Below are positions 9,990 through 20,675 of a stretch of 64,000 bases of DNA, piece by piece. The DNA lies in contig CBDBJL010000018.1 in NCBI GenBank assembly GCA_965206365.1, positions 209,567 through 273,566 of the forward strand, read 5' to 3'. The first letter of the stretch is position 1. The number at the start of each line of letters is the position of its first letter. The notes under the pieces were generated by a model. The model made no database searches and had not been told where the DNA came from. It saw nothing but the letters and a program-made list of their open reading frames with translations. This stretch comes from Alphaproteobacteria bacterium. GTDB lineage: Bacteria > Pseudomonadota > Alphaproteobacteria > JABAAW01 > JAHZMA01. The position numbers were made by a program, and so were the translations under genes.

Positions 9990-10679
9990 TTAAATATCTT
10001 CTTTGAGTGTTTTATCAAAATGGCGGGATAAAATCACCATAAATTGTTCACCGAATCTTTCTAAAGTGCCCGTATAATCATTTAATTTTGTCGTAAAATG
10101 ATTATAAAAATAGGCGGCAGGAATCGCTGCAATTAATCCTAAAGCAGTTGCAAATAAGGCTTCAGAAATACCAGGGGCAACAACGGCAAGATTGGTTTGT
10201 TTGCTAGCGGCAATAGATTGAAATGCATTCATAATTCCCCACACCGTACCAAAAAGGCCGATAAAAGGTGCGGTAGAGCTGACGGTTGCCAAGAAAGATA
10301 AATATCTTTCTAGAAAATGGCTTTCTTCAGCCAAGGTGATGTCTAAAACTTTATTGATTCTATGATCTAAAGAGGCACGACGGACCGTTTGGTTGTGGGT
10401 AGAGATACGCCATTCGCGAATTGCGGCCAAAAACATTTTCTCAGTTGGCTCTAAGGTGGTTGTCTCTAGGGAATCAGCAAGCTGAAACAAAGAATCTGAT
10501 TGGCGAAAACTCGTAATAAATCGATGAGATGATTTTTGAATTTTTCGAAACAAGAAAGCTTTTTGAATAATAACTGCCCAACTAATAATAGAAAGTAGAA
10601 TGAGCAGTAAAATTACCAATTTACCAAAAATATCTGTGTTTACAACGAGAGTCAGCAGGGAAAGATCAGTTTGTTCCAT
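9990..10679 (-). CDS. tolQ: Tol-Pal system protein TolQ (MotA/TolQ/ExbB family)
   Basis: 229 aa; three TM helices; MotA/TolQ/ExbB signature region. Confidence 0.9.
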   Translation of the reverse strand: MEQTDLSLLTLVVNTDIFGKLVILLLILLSIISWAVIIQKAFLFRKIQKSSHRFITSFRQSDSLFQLADSLETTTLEPTEKMFLAAIREWRISTHNQTVRRASLDHRINKVLDITLAEESHFLERYLSFLATVSSTAPFIGLFGTVWGIMNAFQSIAASKQTNLAVVAPGISEALFATALGLIAAIPAAYFYNHFTTKLNDYTGTLERFGEQFMVILSRHFDKTLKEDI

Positions 10680-10700
10680 TTCATATCCTTGTGTGATACA

Positions 10701-11150
10701 TTATATTTTCAATCCAAAGTAAGATGCAATATCTTGGGGCAAATGGCAAGCTTTACCATCTTGATCTATGAAAGCGAGATTAACTTGCAATGTTACCAAT
10801 AAATTGGTTTCATGATAAATATCTTGTCGCATATCAACCATTGTTAAGCGATTTTTCTGTATTAAGCTACGAATATTGGCATTAACAATTGAATTTGTTT
10901 CTATCCGTAGCCAATCATGAAGCTGAGCGGGGCGTAAAAATCGTAGATTACAACGGCGCACAACAAAAGCTGGCATATTATCTGTTTGATTTTGCGTTGC
11001 TCTGCCACCGCGCGAGAAATGTTGGAATCCGCCAGAACGTAAGTATTCACTACGGGCACGTTCAGCAAAACGTAGATAATTGGCATAATAAACAATGCCC
11101 ATACAATCGGTATCCTCGTAATAAACGCGAAGTTCAAAATTATGTTTCAT
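10701..11150 (-). CDS. ybgC: Tol-Pal-associated acyl-CoA thioesterase (4HBT family)
   Basis: 149 aa; hotdog-fold [16 protein letters not shown] motif; directly upstream of tolQ. Confidence 0.8.
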   Translation of the reverse strand: MKHNFELRVYYEDTDCMGIVYYANYLRFAERARSEYLRSGGFQHFSRGGRATQNQTDNMPAFVVRRCNLRFLRPAQLHDWLRIETNSIVNANIRSLIQKNRLTMVDMRQDIYHETNLLVTLQVNLAFIDQDGKACHLPQDIASYFGLKI

Positions 11151-12202
11151 GATTGATGTTTCATGGTTGATGTTTCCGGGGTAAATAAATCTTTAGAAAA
11201 TCCTTGAGGTACCGAAATGTTTAAATGAGCGTAGGCGTGATCAGTTAGCATTCTTCCGCGTGCAGTGCGATTAACAAAGCCTTGCCTGATTAAATAGGGT
11301 TCGATCATTTCTTCTAAAATATCACGTTCTGCAGACAAAGCAACTGCAATTGTATCTAGCCCTACAGGGCCACCAGAAAAATTATTGGCAATCATAAGTA
11401 AGTAATTACGGTCAAATTTATCTAAGCCGGCAGTGTCAATATCCAGCCGTAGTAAATATTGTTGGGTTGCTTCTGGCGTAATGAAGGGTTGGTTGGAAAG
11501 TTGCCAAAAATCACGGATTCTTCGAAGCAAACGCAGTGCGATTCGTGGGGTTAATCGGCTGCGCTTGGCAATTTCAAAGGCACCTTCTGTAGAAAGCGGG
11601 CAATTAAGTAAGTTTGCAGCCCGAGTAATAATGGTGGCCAATTCTGCTGCTGTATAAAAATCTAATTGCATTGGAATGCCAAAGCGTTCTCGTAGGGGTT
11701 TCGTAATTAACCCTGCACGCGTTGTTGCTGCTACCAAAGTAAAGGGAGGTAGGGTAATTTCAATAGAGCGTGCCCCAGCCCCTTCACCAATCATAATATC
11801 TAACTTAAAATCTTCCATAGCTGGGTAGAGAATTTCTTCCACAGCGGAAGATAATCGATGAATTTCATCAATAAATAAGACATCATTTTTCTCTAAATTT
11901 GTAAGCAAAGCAGCCAAATCGCCAGCCTTAGCAATAACCGGACCAGAGGTTGAACGAAAATTACTGCCCATTTCATTAGCGATAATTCGAGCCAAAGTGG
12001 TTTTGCCAAGTCCGGGGGGGCCATGAAACAAAATATGATCAAGGGGTTCGTGACGTTTATGGGCCGCGTCAATAAAAATTTTTAAATTCTCTTTTAAGTG
12101 AGCTTGCCCAGTAAAATTGTTTAAATATTGGGGGCGCAATTGCGTAGAGAAATTTTCCTGATCCGGTAAATCATCATCATCTTCGGGTGTAAGTGAAATC
12201 AT
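11147..12202 (-). CDS. ruvB: Holliday junction branch migration ATPase RuvB
   Basis: 351 aa; [11 protein letters not shown] Walker A; RuvB sensor and winged-helix C-terminus. Confidence 0.95.
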   Translation of the reverse strand: MISLTPEDDDDLPDQENFSTQLRPQYLNNFTGQAHLKENLKIFIDAAHKRHEPLDHILFHGPPGLGKTTLARIIANEMGSNFRSTSGPVIAKAGDLAALLTNLEKNDVLFIDEIHRLSSAVEEILYPAMEDFKLDIMIGEGAGARSIEITLPPFTLVAATTRAGLITKPLRERFGIPMQLDFYTAAELATIITRAANLLNCPLSTEGAFEIAKRSRLTPRIALRLLRRIRDFWQLSNQPFITPEATQQYLLRLDIDTAGLDKFDRNYLLMIANNFSGGPVGLDTIAVALSAERDILEEMIEPYLIRQGFVNRTARGRMLTDHAYAHLNISVPQGFSKDLFTPETSTMKHQS

Positions 12203-12819
12203 CTGGGTTTCCCTAAGGTTTTTAGTGCAAGATACAACATTTTATCAGCAGGTAAAGCCGTATGGTTCGCAATATTGGTAGTAGATTTATGGTGGTTACA
12301 AATATCAATGAGAATTTTCTGGGCTTTATTTTGTGGAAACCCTAGGGCGATAAGCCCTGATAAGGCTGTGGCAAAATCATCGTTAGCATCGCTATTTTCA
12401 GTAGAAGAGAGGTCGCAAAGGGGTGGTAATTTATCGACAAGTTCATTAATAATTCTTTGGGCAAGTTTGCTACCAACGCCATGTGCACTTGTTAATGCAC
12501 GATTATTGCCCTGAAAAATGAAATTTGTTAACTCATAAGGGCTAAAGTGAGCAAGTAACCCAAGTGCCATTTTTGCGCCTACGCCCGGAACAGTGCCTAA
12601 CAAACGAAACCATTCCCGTTGCGATAAAGAAGCAAAGCCATAAAGCGTAACTTCATTTTCACGCCAAATGGCTTCAGTATAAAGGGTAATTTTATCGCCT
12701 AAGGCTAAATTTTGATAATTCTTTTCTGCACATGCAACAGTATAACCTACATTATGAACATCAATTAAAATCGTATTTTTCTCAATTGCGAGTAATTTAC
12801 CATGCAAATAACCAATCAT
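12199..12819 (-). CDS. ruvA: Holliday junction DNA helicase subunit RuvA
   Basis: [10 protein letters not shown]-terminus; helix-hairpin-helix region. Start chosen at the internal Met; the track ORF extends to 12831. Confidence 0.9.
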   Translation of the reverse strand: MIGYLHGKLLAIEKNTILIDVHNVGYTVACAEKNYQNLALGDKITLYTEAIWRENEVTLYGFASLSQREWFRLLGTVPGVGAKMALGLLAHFSPYELTNFIFQGNNRALTSAHGVGSKLAQRIINELVDKLPPLCDLSSTENSDANDDFATALSGLIALGFPQNKAQKILIDICNHHKSTTNIANHTALPADKMLYLALKTLGKPR

Positions 12820-13319
12820 GCTTCGTTCCATTTATTTGCAATTGGAGTTTGGTGGGCGTGGGTGATGGCAATGGCAAGGGCATCTGATGCATCGTGGCGA
12901 GTAATAGATGCTTTTGCCATGGGCAAAAGATGCAGAACCATTTTCTGAATTTGTTCTTTATCAGCATGGCCGGTTGCCGACAAAGCTTTTTTAACGGTTT
13001 TATTTCCATATTCAGTAACACCAATGTTAAAAATATTCGGTAACATTAATAGAATGCCGCGGGCATTGCCTAATTTTAGTGCCGATGCTGGGTTCATTTT
13101 ATTGACAAAAATTTCTTCAATGGCAACATGATGCGGTTGATATTTCTCGAGCAATTGAAAAGCTTGTTGGTAAAGAGCATATAATCGTTCTGTTAAAGAG
13201 AGTTTTGTATTTGGCATAATAACCCCGCAGGCCACAAATTCAAGTCGATTACCATCGCTTGTGATTATTCCCCAACCTGTAGCCACTAATCCGGGGTCAA
13301 AACCGATAATTCGTTGCAT
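12816..13319 (-). CDS. ruvC: Holliday junction resolvase RuvC
   Basis: 167 aa; IIGFDPGLVATGWGII N-terminus with catalytic Asp. Confidence 0.9.
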   Translation of the reverse strand: MQRIIGFDPGLVATGWGIITSDGNRLEFVACGVIMPNTKLSLTERLYALYQQAFQLLEKYQPHHVAIEEIFVNKMNPASALKLGNARGILLMLPNIFNIGVTEYGNKTVKKALSATGHADKEQIQKMVLHLLPMAKASITRHDASDALAIAITHAHQTPIANKWNEA

Positions 13320-13325
13320 TTGGGT

Positions 13326-14084
13326 TTATCCCGCTGCAATCTCTTCCATAATGCTATCCTCAATATCAAAATTGGCGTAAATATTTTGAACATCGTCATT
13401 ATCATCTAAGATATCGGTAAGGCGCAGTAATTTTCGGGCATCTTCAAGATTACTAACAGCAATTTGGGTTTTTGCGAGCCAAACAAGTTTGGCTGATTTT
13501 GGTGTAGAAAATTTTTCTTCTAAAATAGTGGCTACATTTTGTAACATTTCAGTGGTAACATAAATTTGATGACCATCTTCTTCGGAAAAAATAATATTTT
13601 CTGCACCTGCTTCTAAGGCAAATTCAAACATTTCATTTTCACTTGCACTTGTTGCCGGATAGATGATTTCACCAAAATGATCAAACATAAAATTTACAGA
13701 ACCAGTTTCGCCTAAATTACCGCCAAATTTAGAAAAAGCTGCACGCACTTCTGATGCGGTGCGGTTACGATTATTCGTTAAAACTTCGACAATAATTGCA
13801 ACGCCTGAGCTCCCATAACCTTCGTAGCGAATTTCTTCATAAATTGAATCAGGATCATTGCCAACACCTTTCGTAATGGCGCGGTTAATATTATCTTTGG
13901 GCATATTTTCAGCGCGCGCAGCGATAATCGCACTACGCAAACGGGGATTGGCAGCAATATCTTCACCCCCTAATTTGGCGGCAACGGTAATTTCACGCGT
14001 AAATTTGGCAAAAACACCCGCACGTTTCTTATCCTGTGCACCCTTACGGTGCATAATATTTTTGAATTTAGAATGACCTGCCAT
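13326..14084 (-). CDS. yebC: YebC/PmpR family transcriptional regulator
   Basis: 252 aa; MAGHSKFKNIMHRKGAQD signature N-terminus. Confidence 0.9.
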   Translation of the reverse strand: MAGHSKFKNIMHRKGAQDKKRAGVFAKFTREITVAAKLGGEDIAANPRLRSAIIAARAENMPKDNINRAITKGVGNDPDSIYEEIRYEGYGSSGVAIIVEVLTNNRNRTASEVRAAFSKFGGNLGETGSVNFMFDHFGEIIYPATSASENEMFEFALEAGAENIIFSEEDGHQIYVTTEMLQNVATILEEKFSTPKSAKLVWLAKTQIAVSNLEDARKLLRLTDILDDNDDVQNIYANFDIEDSIMEEIAAG

Positions 14085-14093
14085 AATATTTTA

Positions 14094-14615
14094 TCAACCT
14101 TTTACAATGCTTTGCATAATAATATCGCCTGCTTTTTCAGCATTTTCCCAACCGGTTACTTTCACCCATTTTCCGCTTTCCAGATCTTTATAATGTTCAA
14201 AAAAATGGGCAATTTGCTGTAAAGTAATTTCAGCAACATCACTATAATTTTTGATATTATGATAAAGTGGGTATAATTTTGTATGTGGGACAGCAAGAAT
14301 TTTCTCATCAATTCCAGCTTCATCTTCCATCATTAATACTCCGATTGGTCGTGAGCGAATAACGCAGCCAGGAATAACCGGCAAATGGCTAAGTACCAGT
14401 ACATCGCAAGGATCGCCATCTCCCGAAAGAGTATGGGGGATAAATCCATAATTTGCCGGATAAAACATAGCGGTACTTAAAAAACGATCTACAAAAATTG
14501 CGCTGGAATCCTTATCAAATTCGTATTTTACGGGTGATGAACCCATAGGGACTTCAATAATCACATTAATATCCTCGGGGGCATTTTTGCCAATGGCAAT
14601 TTTGCTGATATCCAT
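14094..14615 (-). CDS. ppa: Inorganic pyrophosphatase
   Basis: 173 aa; family I PPase motifs ([18 protein letters not shown]). Confidence 0.95.
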   Translation of the reverse strand: MDISKIAIGKNAPEDINVIIEVPMGSSPVKYEFDKDSSAIFVDRFLSTAMFYPANYGFIPHTLSGDGDPCDVLVLSHLPVIPGCVIRSRPIGVLMMEDEAGIDEKILAVPHTKLYPLYHNIKNYSDVAEITLQQIAHFFEHYKDLESGKWVKVTGWENAEKAGDIIMQSIVKG

Positions 14616-14719
14616 TTCTGTAAGCTCCTTTTATTTTTTAACAGGTATAAATTATATTACCTATAAATCATCGTTTCGCATTTGTCAAAAAATTGTATTT
14701 ATGTCACAATAAAAAATAC

Positions 14720-14741
14720 TACCCCAAAAATCATTGGGGTA
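14720..14741. promoter_or_regulatory. Inverted repeat TACCCCAA-n6-TTGGGGTA in the ppa / small-membrane-gene divergent region
   Basis: 8-bp perfect arms; the minus strand is followed by a T-run (terminator-like); 30 nt upstream of ATG 14773. Confidence 0.3.
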
Positions 14742-14772
14742 AAAAGATCATAAATCAGAAGAAGGTGCCAAA

Positions 14773-15000
14773 ATGAATATTTTATCATTATTGTTAATTT
14801 ACATATTGGTGTGGTGGATTGTATTTTTTACGTTGTTATCGCAAGGGCATCAATTAGAAGAAAAACCACAATTAGGGAATGATATTGGGGCACCGGCTAA
14901 TCCACGCATGGGAAGGAAAATTGCAATAACTTCGGGGGTAAGTTTTGGGATAACGCTTATTTTTGTATTGCTGGCTAAATTTATGGGGATTGCTTTATAA
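14773..15000 (+). CDS. Small two-TM membrane protein (DUF1467-like)
   Basis: 75 aa; two hydrophobic helices flanking a polar loop; the 3-nt gap to tag suggests co-transcription. Confidence 0.5.
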   Translation: MNILSLLLIYILVWWIVFFTLLSQGHQLEEKPQLGNDIGAPANPRMGRKIAITSGVSFGITLIFVLLAKFMGIAL

Positions 15001-15002
15001 GC

Positions 15003-15617
15003 TTGAGTTTCATGTCGGGTTATTGCTTAGCGGCACAGCAAAATATTTTGCTACAAAATCATCATGATACCGAGCATGGTTTCCCGTGTTTAGATGATAA
15101 TCGGTTGTTTGAATTTTATTGTTTAGAAATTGCTCAGGCAGGGCTTTCATGGCAGACGATTATGAAAAAACAACGGGGCATGCGTTGTGCTTTTGATAAT
15201 TTTGATGTTGCAAAAGTTGCTGCTTATCAAGAAACAGATATTGCCCGTTTGATGCAAACAAAGGATGTAATTAAATATCGTTTAAAGATTGAAGCTATGA
15301 TTGGCAATGCCAGGGCAATTTTAAATTTACAAAAAGAACATGGTAGTTTTGCTGATTGGTTGGCATTACAACATCATCATATTCAACAAGTAATTTCAGA
15401 GCGAGAATGCAGCACGGTAGTGGCAAAAATTACGCTAGCGAAAGAATTATGGGTGAAAGCATTAAAAAAACAATTTAAGTTTGTTGGCAATGAAATTGTT
15501 CAAGAATTTTTAATGGGCATTGCCTATTTGCCCAATGCTCATGATTGTGATTGTCCAATTTATCATTTTATTTGTCAAAAATTTCCTGATTTGCCTTATT
15601 ATGATTTTATGCGTTAA
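15003..15617 (+). CDS. tag: DNA-3-methyladenine glycosylase I
   Basis: 204 aa; EIAQAGLSWQTIMKKQ and KFVG motifs; C-terminal Zn-binding HDCDC cluster. Confidence 0.85.
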   Translation: MSFMSGYCLAAQQNILLQNHHDTEHGFPCLDDNRLFEFYCLEIAQAGLSWQTIMKKQRGMRCAFDNFDVAKVAAYQETDIARLMQTKDVIKYRLKIEAMIGNARAILNLQKEHGSFADWLALQHHHIQQVISERECSTVVAKITLAKELWVKALKKQFKFVGNEIVQEFLMGIAYLPNAHDCDCPIYHFICQKFPDLPYYDFMR

Positions 15618-15648
15618 ATTTTCAGGATCATTTAATTTCAACATATTT

Positions 15649-16656
15649 TCAAAGAGAGCAATCGGCAAAACTTTGGGCGATATTAAGCATTAATTGGGAA
15701 TAAAGTGCAATGCCTGGGCGCAAATTCGCGCCTAAAGGGTCAATTTCTACCCAATGATAAGGTTTTTCTTGGTTTTTGTTATGATTATTAAAGGCAATGA
15801 GTATTTTTTTAGAAAATTGGGGCTCAAAGAAAAGACAACTATGGGGATCTATTTTACCAAGGAGGTTACGCAAATGTTTGCCACTAGGGGGAGTGTGGGG
15901 GTTGAGCAAAATTAACCCATGAGTTTTTAGGGTAAAATAATTTTCAAAATAATGGATACTATCATGAAATAAGAGGATTTCGGGGGGAGACGTTTTTACT
16001 GAATCAAGAATATTTATGATTTCAGTGGTTAAACGATCGATTTCATTTAGGGCATTTAGGGTATTGCTAGCGTATTTTTTGCTATTTTTTGGATCAATCA
16101 ATATTAACAGATCGCGCATATGGGTAAGAATAATTTTGGCATTATCGGGGTCAAGCCAAAGATGTTGATTGTAACGCGTTATATTATGAGCATGGCGAGA
16201 GCTTTTTGCCTCTTCATCTGCTGTATGCCAGGAAAAATCTGTTTTATGACGCCAAGGTAGCATTGTTAGCTCCGAGAAGTTGCTTAGGGCAATTGCGGTG
16301 TTATGTTTGCGCGGTTTCATAAATTTTGCTAAATTATTTTCAATATCGGCACCTACCCAGAAAATTAAATCTTGATGTTGTAATTGAACAATATCTGAAG
16401 GTTTTAAGGCGTAATTATGGGGGGAGGTTGAAGTTTTTATAAGCAAATTTGGTGTTGCAATTCCTTGCATCACTTGGCTAAGCAAAGAATGAATTGGAGG
16501 GATCGATGCGGTGACTTGAATTGTTTCTGGTGTGTTTTTTGCTGTCGCCAGGGATGCTGTCGCCAAGGGTATTATCGCCAGGGATATTATTAGGGGTAAG
16601 GAAATTTGGAATAGAAAAATACCGACCAGGGGTCTTGCTATTATTTTTATTTTCAT
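15649..16656 (-). CDS. znuA: Zinc ABC transporter periplasmic binding protein ZnuA
   Basis: 335 aa; signal peptide; cluster-9 SBP with His/Asp/Glu-rich loop (HTADEEAKSSRHAHN); divergent from znuCB. Confidence 0.8.
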   Translation of the reverse strand: MKIKIIARPLVGIFLFQISLPLIISLAIIPLATASLATAKNTPETIQVTASIPPIHSLLSQVMQGIATPNLLIKTSTSPHNYALKPSDIVQLQHQDLIFWVGADIENNLAKFMKPRKHNTAIALSNFSELTMLPWRHKTDFSWHTADEEAKSSRHAHNITRYNQHLWLDPDNAKIILTHMRDLLILIDPKNSKKYASNTLNALNEIDRLTTEIINILDSVKTSPPEILLFHDSIHYFENYFTLKTHGLILLNPHTPPSGKHLRNLLGKIDPHSCLFFEPQFSKKILIAFNNHNKNQEKPYHWVEIDPLGANLRPGIALYSQLMLNIAQSFADCSL

Positions 16657-16699
16657 AAGGATTTTTTTTTTACAGCAAATAGAATAAATTGTAGGGTAT

Positions 16700-16709
16700 C
16701 ATTATAATG
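16700..16709. promoter_or_regulatory. Perfect 10-bp palindrome CATTATAATG in the znuA/znuCB divergent region; candidate Zur-type operator overlapping a -10 hexamer
   Basis: Self-complementary decamer containing TATAAT, centred in the 125-bp divergent intergenic region. Confidence 0.35.
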
Positions 16710-16781
16710 CAATAAAAAATGAATTTCAAGGAAGCCTTTTACTCATTTTTCAGGGGTTTTACTTTTTAGGAGATAGAAACA

Positions 16782-17552
16782 GTGCAAAAAATGCAACAAG
16801 AAACAATAAAAGCACAGCAAGATTTTTTGGTTCAAGCGGATAATGTTAGTTTTTATCAAGGGCCTCATCAATTGCTAAAAGATGTTACTTTAACCCTTTA
16901 TCGCCAAGCGATTGTAACGCTTATTGGCCCTAATGGTGCCGGTAAAAGTACATTTGCCAAATTAATTATGGGAATTTTATTGCCGAGTGCGGGTCGTATT
17001 CGGAAAATTAATAATTTACAAATTGGTTATGTTCCACAAAAATTAAATATTTCAAAGAATTTGCCGATGAATGTAAGACGATTATTGGCTTTAAGTGCGG
17101 ATTTAAAACCAGATCAATGGTTTGAGTTTGCAGAAAAATTTGGCATTGCTGATTTATTGATGCGCGATGTGCATCATCTATCAGGCGGTGAATGGCAACG
17201 GGTGTTATTTGCGCGTGCGATTGTAAAAAATCCAGATTTATTGGTTCTTGATGAACCTGTGCAAGGGGTTAGTTTTCGCGATACAGCTTTGTTATATCGT
17301 TGGATTGAAAATATACGTGATGAGGCAAGAACCGGTATTTTGTTGATTTCGCATGACCTGAATATTGTGATGGCAAAAAGTGATTATGTTGTTTGTCTCA
17401 ATAAAAATATTCGCTGTCATGGAATGCCACAAAATATTATCCAAGATCAAAATTATCATCAGCTTTACGGGAATGATTCTTTGGCATTGTATCAACATAG
17501 CGATCCTTTTTGTGTTGGGCATACGTTAGGGGTACAGGATGGCAAACCATGA
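16782..17552 (+). CDS. znuC: Zinc ABC transporter ATP-binding protein ZnuC
   Basis: 256 aa; Walker A GPNGAGKST; LSGGEWQR signature; Walker B LLVLDEP. Confidence 0.85.
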   Translation: MQKMQQETIKAQQDFLVQADNVSFYQGPHQLLKDVTLTLYRQAIVTLIGPNGAGKSTFAKLIMGILLPSAGRIRKINNLQIGYVPQKLNISKNLPMNVRRLLALSADLKPDQWFEFAEKFGIADLLMRDVHHLSGGEWQRVLFARAIVKNPDLLVLDEPVQGVSFRDTALLYRWIENIRDEARTGILLISHDLNIVMAKSDYVVCLNKNIRCHGMPQNIIQDQNYHQLYGNDSLALYQHSDPFCVGHTLGVQDGKP

Positions 17553-18388
17553 TTTTTGAAAGCTTGTTTTTAACCTCTTTGCTTGCGGGAATCGGGCTGG
17601 CTTTAATGGTGGCACCCCTTAGTTGTGTTGTTGTTTGGCAGAAAATGGCTTATTTGGGGGATACTATGGCACATGCGGCTTTGCCTGGTATTGTTTTTGC
17701 GGTTTTATTTCAAGTGAATATTACGATTTCTGTATTTATAACAGTATGTTTTGTTGCGGTTAATTTAGAAATTATCAAACGGTATCATTCATTATCTAAC
17801 GATGTGATTTTAGGCATTTTAGCGCATTGTGCATTGGCTATTGGCATTATTTTATGGGTATTTTTTGAAATAAAGTTAGATTTACATAGTTTGTTGTTTG
17901 GAGATATTCTGGCGGTAACATCGCGCGATATTATTTTTATTTATGGGGCGGGAATTCTTACGGGAATATCTGTATGGTTTTTATGGCGCTCATTTTTGTT
18001 GATGAGTCTGCATCCAGATTTTGCATGTGCAGAAGGAATAAATCTTGCACGCACACAAATGTTTTTTATTATTCTATTGGCGTTGGTAATTGCAATTGCC
18101 ATGCAGTTGGTTGGGGTTTTGTTAACAACAACATTTTTAATTATTCCAGCGGCAACGGCGCGAAAATTTGCGCAAACTCCGGAACAAATGGTTGCTTTAG
18201 CAGCATTATTTGGGGTTTTGGCAGTATTTATTGGTTTGTTGGGTTCATTTACAATTGATATCCCTTCAGGACCTACAATTATTTTGGTGGGTTTTATTTT
18301 ATTCATGATGAGTCAAATAATGGTGGGAGCCATTGGTTTTATGATTAAAATAATTGCCATTAAGAAAAATACCGCAAAGAAAAAATAA
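17549..18388 (+). CDS. znuB: Zinc ABC transporter permease ZnuB
   Basis: Start at MIFESLFL, overlapping the znuC stop (ATGA); multi-TM ABC-3 permease. Confidence 0.85.
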   Translation: MIFESLFLTSLLAGIGLALMVAPLSCVVVWQKMAYLGDTMAHAALPGIVFAVLFQVNITISVFITVCFVAVNLEIIKRYHSLSNDVILGILAHCALAIGIILWVFFEIKLDLHSLLFGDILAVTSRDIIFIYGAGILTGISVWFLWRSFLLMSLHPDFACAEGINLARTQMFFIILLALVIAIAMQLVGVLLTTTFLIIPAATARKFAQTPEQMVALAALFGVLAVFIGLLGSFTIDIPSGPTIILVGFILFMMSQIMVGAIGFMIKIIAIKKNTAKKK

Positions 18389-18576
18389 TTTTTAGGAAAA
18401 ATCAAAAATTATCGAAGAATCAGCTTCTAAATAAAAAAACATTCAGGAATATGAATGTATTTTAAGGTATTTTACAAGCCTCATTATCGCTTTATCGCTT
18501 AAAATTAGGTTAAAATATAAGGAATCTGCAAAAAATGAGCATTTTTTGTAATATTTTTAAGATTCGTAAAATATTG

Positions 18577-18585
18577 TGATATAAT
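18577..18585 (+). promoter_or_regulatory. Extended -10 (TGaTATAAT) candidate promoter for the TRAP locus
   Basis: TG at 18577-78, perfect TATAAT at 18580..18585, about 110 nt upstream of the dctP1 start; SD GGAGGA 7 nt before ATG 18693. Confidence 0.4.
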
Positions 18586-18692
18586 CCATAGTTGCAGATC
18601 TATCATTTCTATAAACTTATTAATATTGAGGAATGGATCCGGATAGATTTGACAAAAATGTAGGAAAATAATTTTTTATGGAGGATAAACTT

Positions 18693-19706
18693 ATGCAAGT
18701 AATATTGAAAATAGTGCTCGTTACAGGAGTAATTCTGGGAATTTCGATTTCAGCGCAGGCTAAAAAACAGATGGTTATTGGCACTTGGCTGTCGTCGGCT
18801 CATCTTATGAATACAGTGTTCTTGCCGGAATGGGGTAAGAAAATTGAAAAAACCACGCAAGGTGAAGTTAAGATTAAAGTTGAACATCATAAAGGGCATC
18901 CGAAAGATATTTTTGCGTTGGTAGAAGATGGTACTTATGATGCCGGTTGGTCGTTTCATGGTTATGTTCCTGAGCGGTTTAAGCTTACAACCATGGCAGA
19001 GTTGCCTTTGTTGGGTGTAAATTCTAAAGCGGCTTCGCATGCTTATTGGCAAGTTTACGACCAATATTTGAAGCAAGCCGGTGAACATGATGGTTTGGTG
19101 TTAGCAGCATTATTTACACATGGCCCGGGGCAAATTTTATTACGGAAGCCGATTCAATCTTTGACAGATATGAAGGGTAAGAAAATTCGTGTTGGCGGGG
19201 GCGTTCAAGGTTTTATTGGAGGCAAAATGGGCATCGTTCCAGTTACCGCACCGGGTTCCAAGGTCCATGAAATGTTGGCGCAAGAGACTGTGGATGGTGT
19301 TTTTATGCCCATGGGTGAGTTAAGTTCGTCGCGTTTGTCAGAGGTAACGAGCTTTGTTTATGAAATTCCTGGAGGGATGTATTTGGGCAGTTTTGGGCTT
19401 TTTATGAATCCTGATTTTGTGGCTTCTTTAGATGCTAAAACTCGGCAAGCTTTGTTATCGACAACGGGAACAGAATTATCGGTAGCTGCTGCCCAATTAT
19501 GGGAACGAAATGATGGTTTTGGTTATAGAGCAGCGAAAACACAAAATATGAAGATTCAAGCAGCTTCGGCATTTGATGCTGAAATTTTTCAGCAATATAG
19601 TGTTGAAATTGAAGCTCAATGGTTGGCTGATGTTACAGACCAGAAAGTGGATGCAAAAAAAGCTTTGCAAGAATTTCGCAAATTGGCGCGTTCTTATAAT
19701 CAATAA
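18693..19706 (+). CDS. TRAP transporter solute-binding protein, DctP family, copy 1
   Basis: 338 aa; signal peptide; conserved carboxylate-binding Arg in KKIRVGGG; followed by dctQ/dctM. Start taken at the second ATG, which has an SD. Confidence 0.8.
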   Translation: MQVILKIVLVTGVILGISISAQAKKQMVIGTWLSSAHLMNTVFLPEWGKKIEKTTQGEVKIKVEHHKGHPKDIFALVEDGTYDAGWSFHGYVPERFKLTTMAELPLLGVNSKAASHAYWQVYDQYLKQAGEHDGLVLAALFTHGPGQILLRKPIQSLTDMKGKKIRVGGGVQGFIGGKMGIVPVTAPGSKVHEMLAQETVDGVFMPMGELSSSRLSEVTSFVYEIPGGMYLGSFGLFMNPDFVASLDAKTRQALLSTTGTELSVAAAQLWERNDGFGYRAAKTQNMKIQAASAFDAEIFQQYSVEIEAQWLADVTDQKVDAKKALQEFRKLARSYNQ

Positions 19707-20675
19707 ATAATATTTAATTTTCTCATTAATTAATAAAAGGGGATGGTAAGTTTTGCTACCCCTTTATTTTTTAAGATCACGCTATTGTTTTATGATATCT
19801 GAAAATTATGGGGTGCTAAGAACATTGGTGGCATGATAAGATTGATAAATATAGGATTGTGTTAAAATAAATTATAGAGGAAATTAATAAAATATGCACC
19901 TAATACAGTGTTTTTTGTTTACAAGTTAATTTATGGGTAATTTACTGTTGCAATTTATTTTTTTTACAGCTAGATATATCGTTATCATTTCTGAAGAGGA
20001 TTTGATCTAGGTTGGTAAGCATTTTTAGGGTAGAGGTTATGCAAGTAATATTTAGAATAGCAGTAATTTTAGGGGTAATTTTGGGGATTTCCGTTTCGGT
20101 TCAGGCTGAAAAACAGATGGTTATTGGCACTTGGTTGTCTCCATCTCATTTCATGAATACAGTATTTTTGTCGGGATGGGGTAAGAAAATTGAAAAAGCC
20201 ACGCAAGGTGAAGTTAAGATTAAAGTTGAACATCATAAAGGGCATCCGAAAGATATTTTTGCGTTGGTAGAAGATGGTACTTATGATGCCGGTTGGTCGT
20301 TTCATGGTTATGTTCCTGAGCGGTTTAAGCTTACAACCATGGCAGAGTTGCCTTTGTTGGGTGTAAATTCTAAAGCGGCTTCGCATGCTTATTGGCAAGT
20401 TTACGACCAATATTTGAAGCAAGCCGGTGAACATGATGGTTTGGTGTTAGCAGCATTATTTACACATGGCCCGGGGCAAATTTTATTACGGAAGCCGATT
20501 CAATCTTTGACAGATATGAAGGGTAAGAAAATTCGTGTTGGCGGGGGCGTTCAAGGTTTTATTGGAGGCAAAATGGGCATCGTTCCAGTTACCGCACCGG
20601 GTTCCAAGGTCCATGAAATGTTGGCGCAAGAGACTGTGGATGGTGTTTTTATGCCCATGGGTGAGTTAAGTTCGT
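18853..20675 (+). repeat. Tandem duplication of 1346 bp: dctP copy 1 plus its downstream spacer is repeated as copy 2
   Basis: 18853..19329 is base-for-base identical to 20199..20675; the flanks are near-identical with patches of substitutions; 3' spacers 19707..19890 and 21053..21240 are also homologous. Confidence 0.85.
19736..19772 (+). terminator. Candidate intrinsic terminator after dctP copy 1
   Basis: AAAGGGG / CCCCTTT stem (19736..19742 and 19759..19765), 16-nt loop, then ATTTTTT. Confidence 0.4.

Noticed and set aside
12797-13024. 75-aa ORF overlapping ruvC and ruvA
   Set aside because: It is out of frame within two well-supported genes.
17941-18306. ORFs 17941..18306 (-) and 17974..18258 (+) inside znuB
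   Set aside because: They overlap a well-supported multi-TM permease gene and are out-of-frame artefacts.
18750-20434. Minus-strand ORFs 18750..19088 and 20069..20434 (112 and 121 aa), identical to each other
   Set aside because: They are antisense to the dctP paralogs and are duplicated only because the sense gene is duplicated. They have no independent coding signal.
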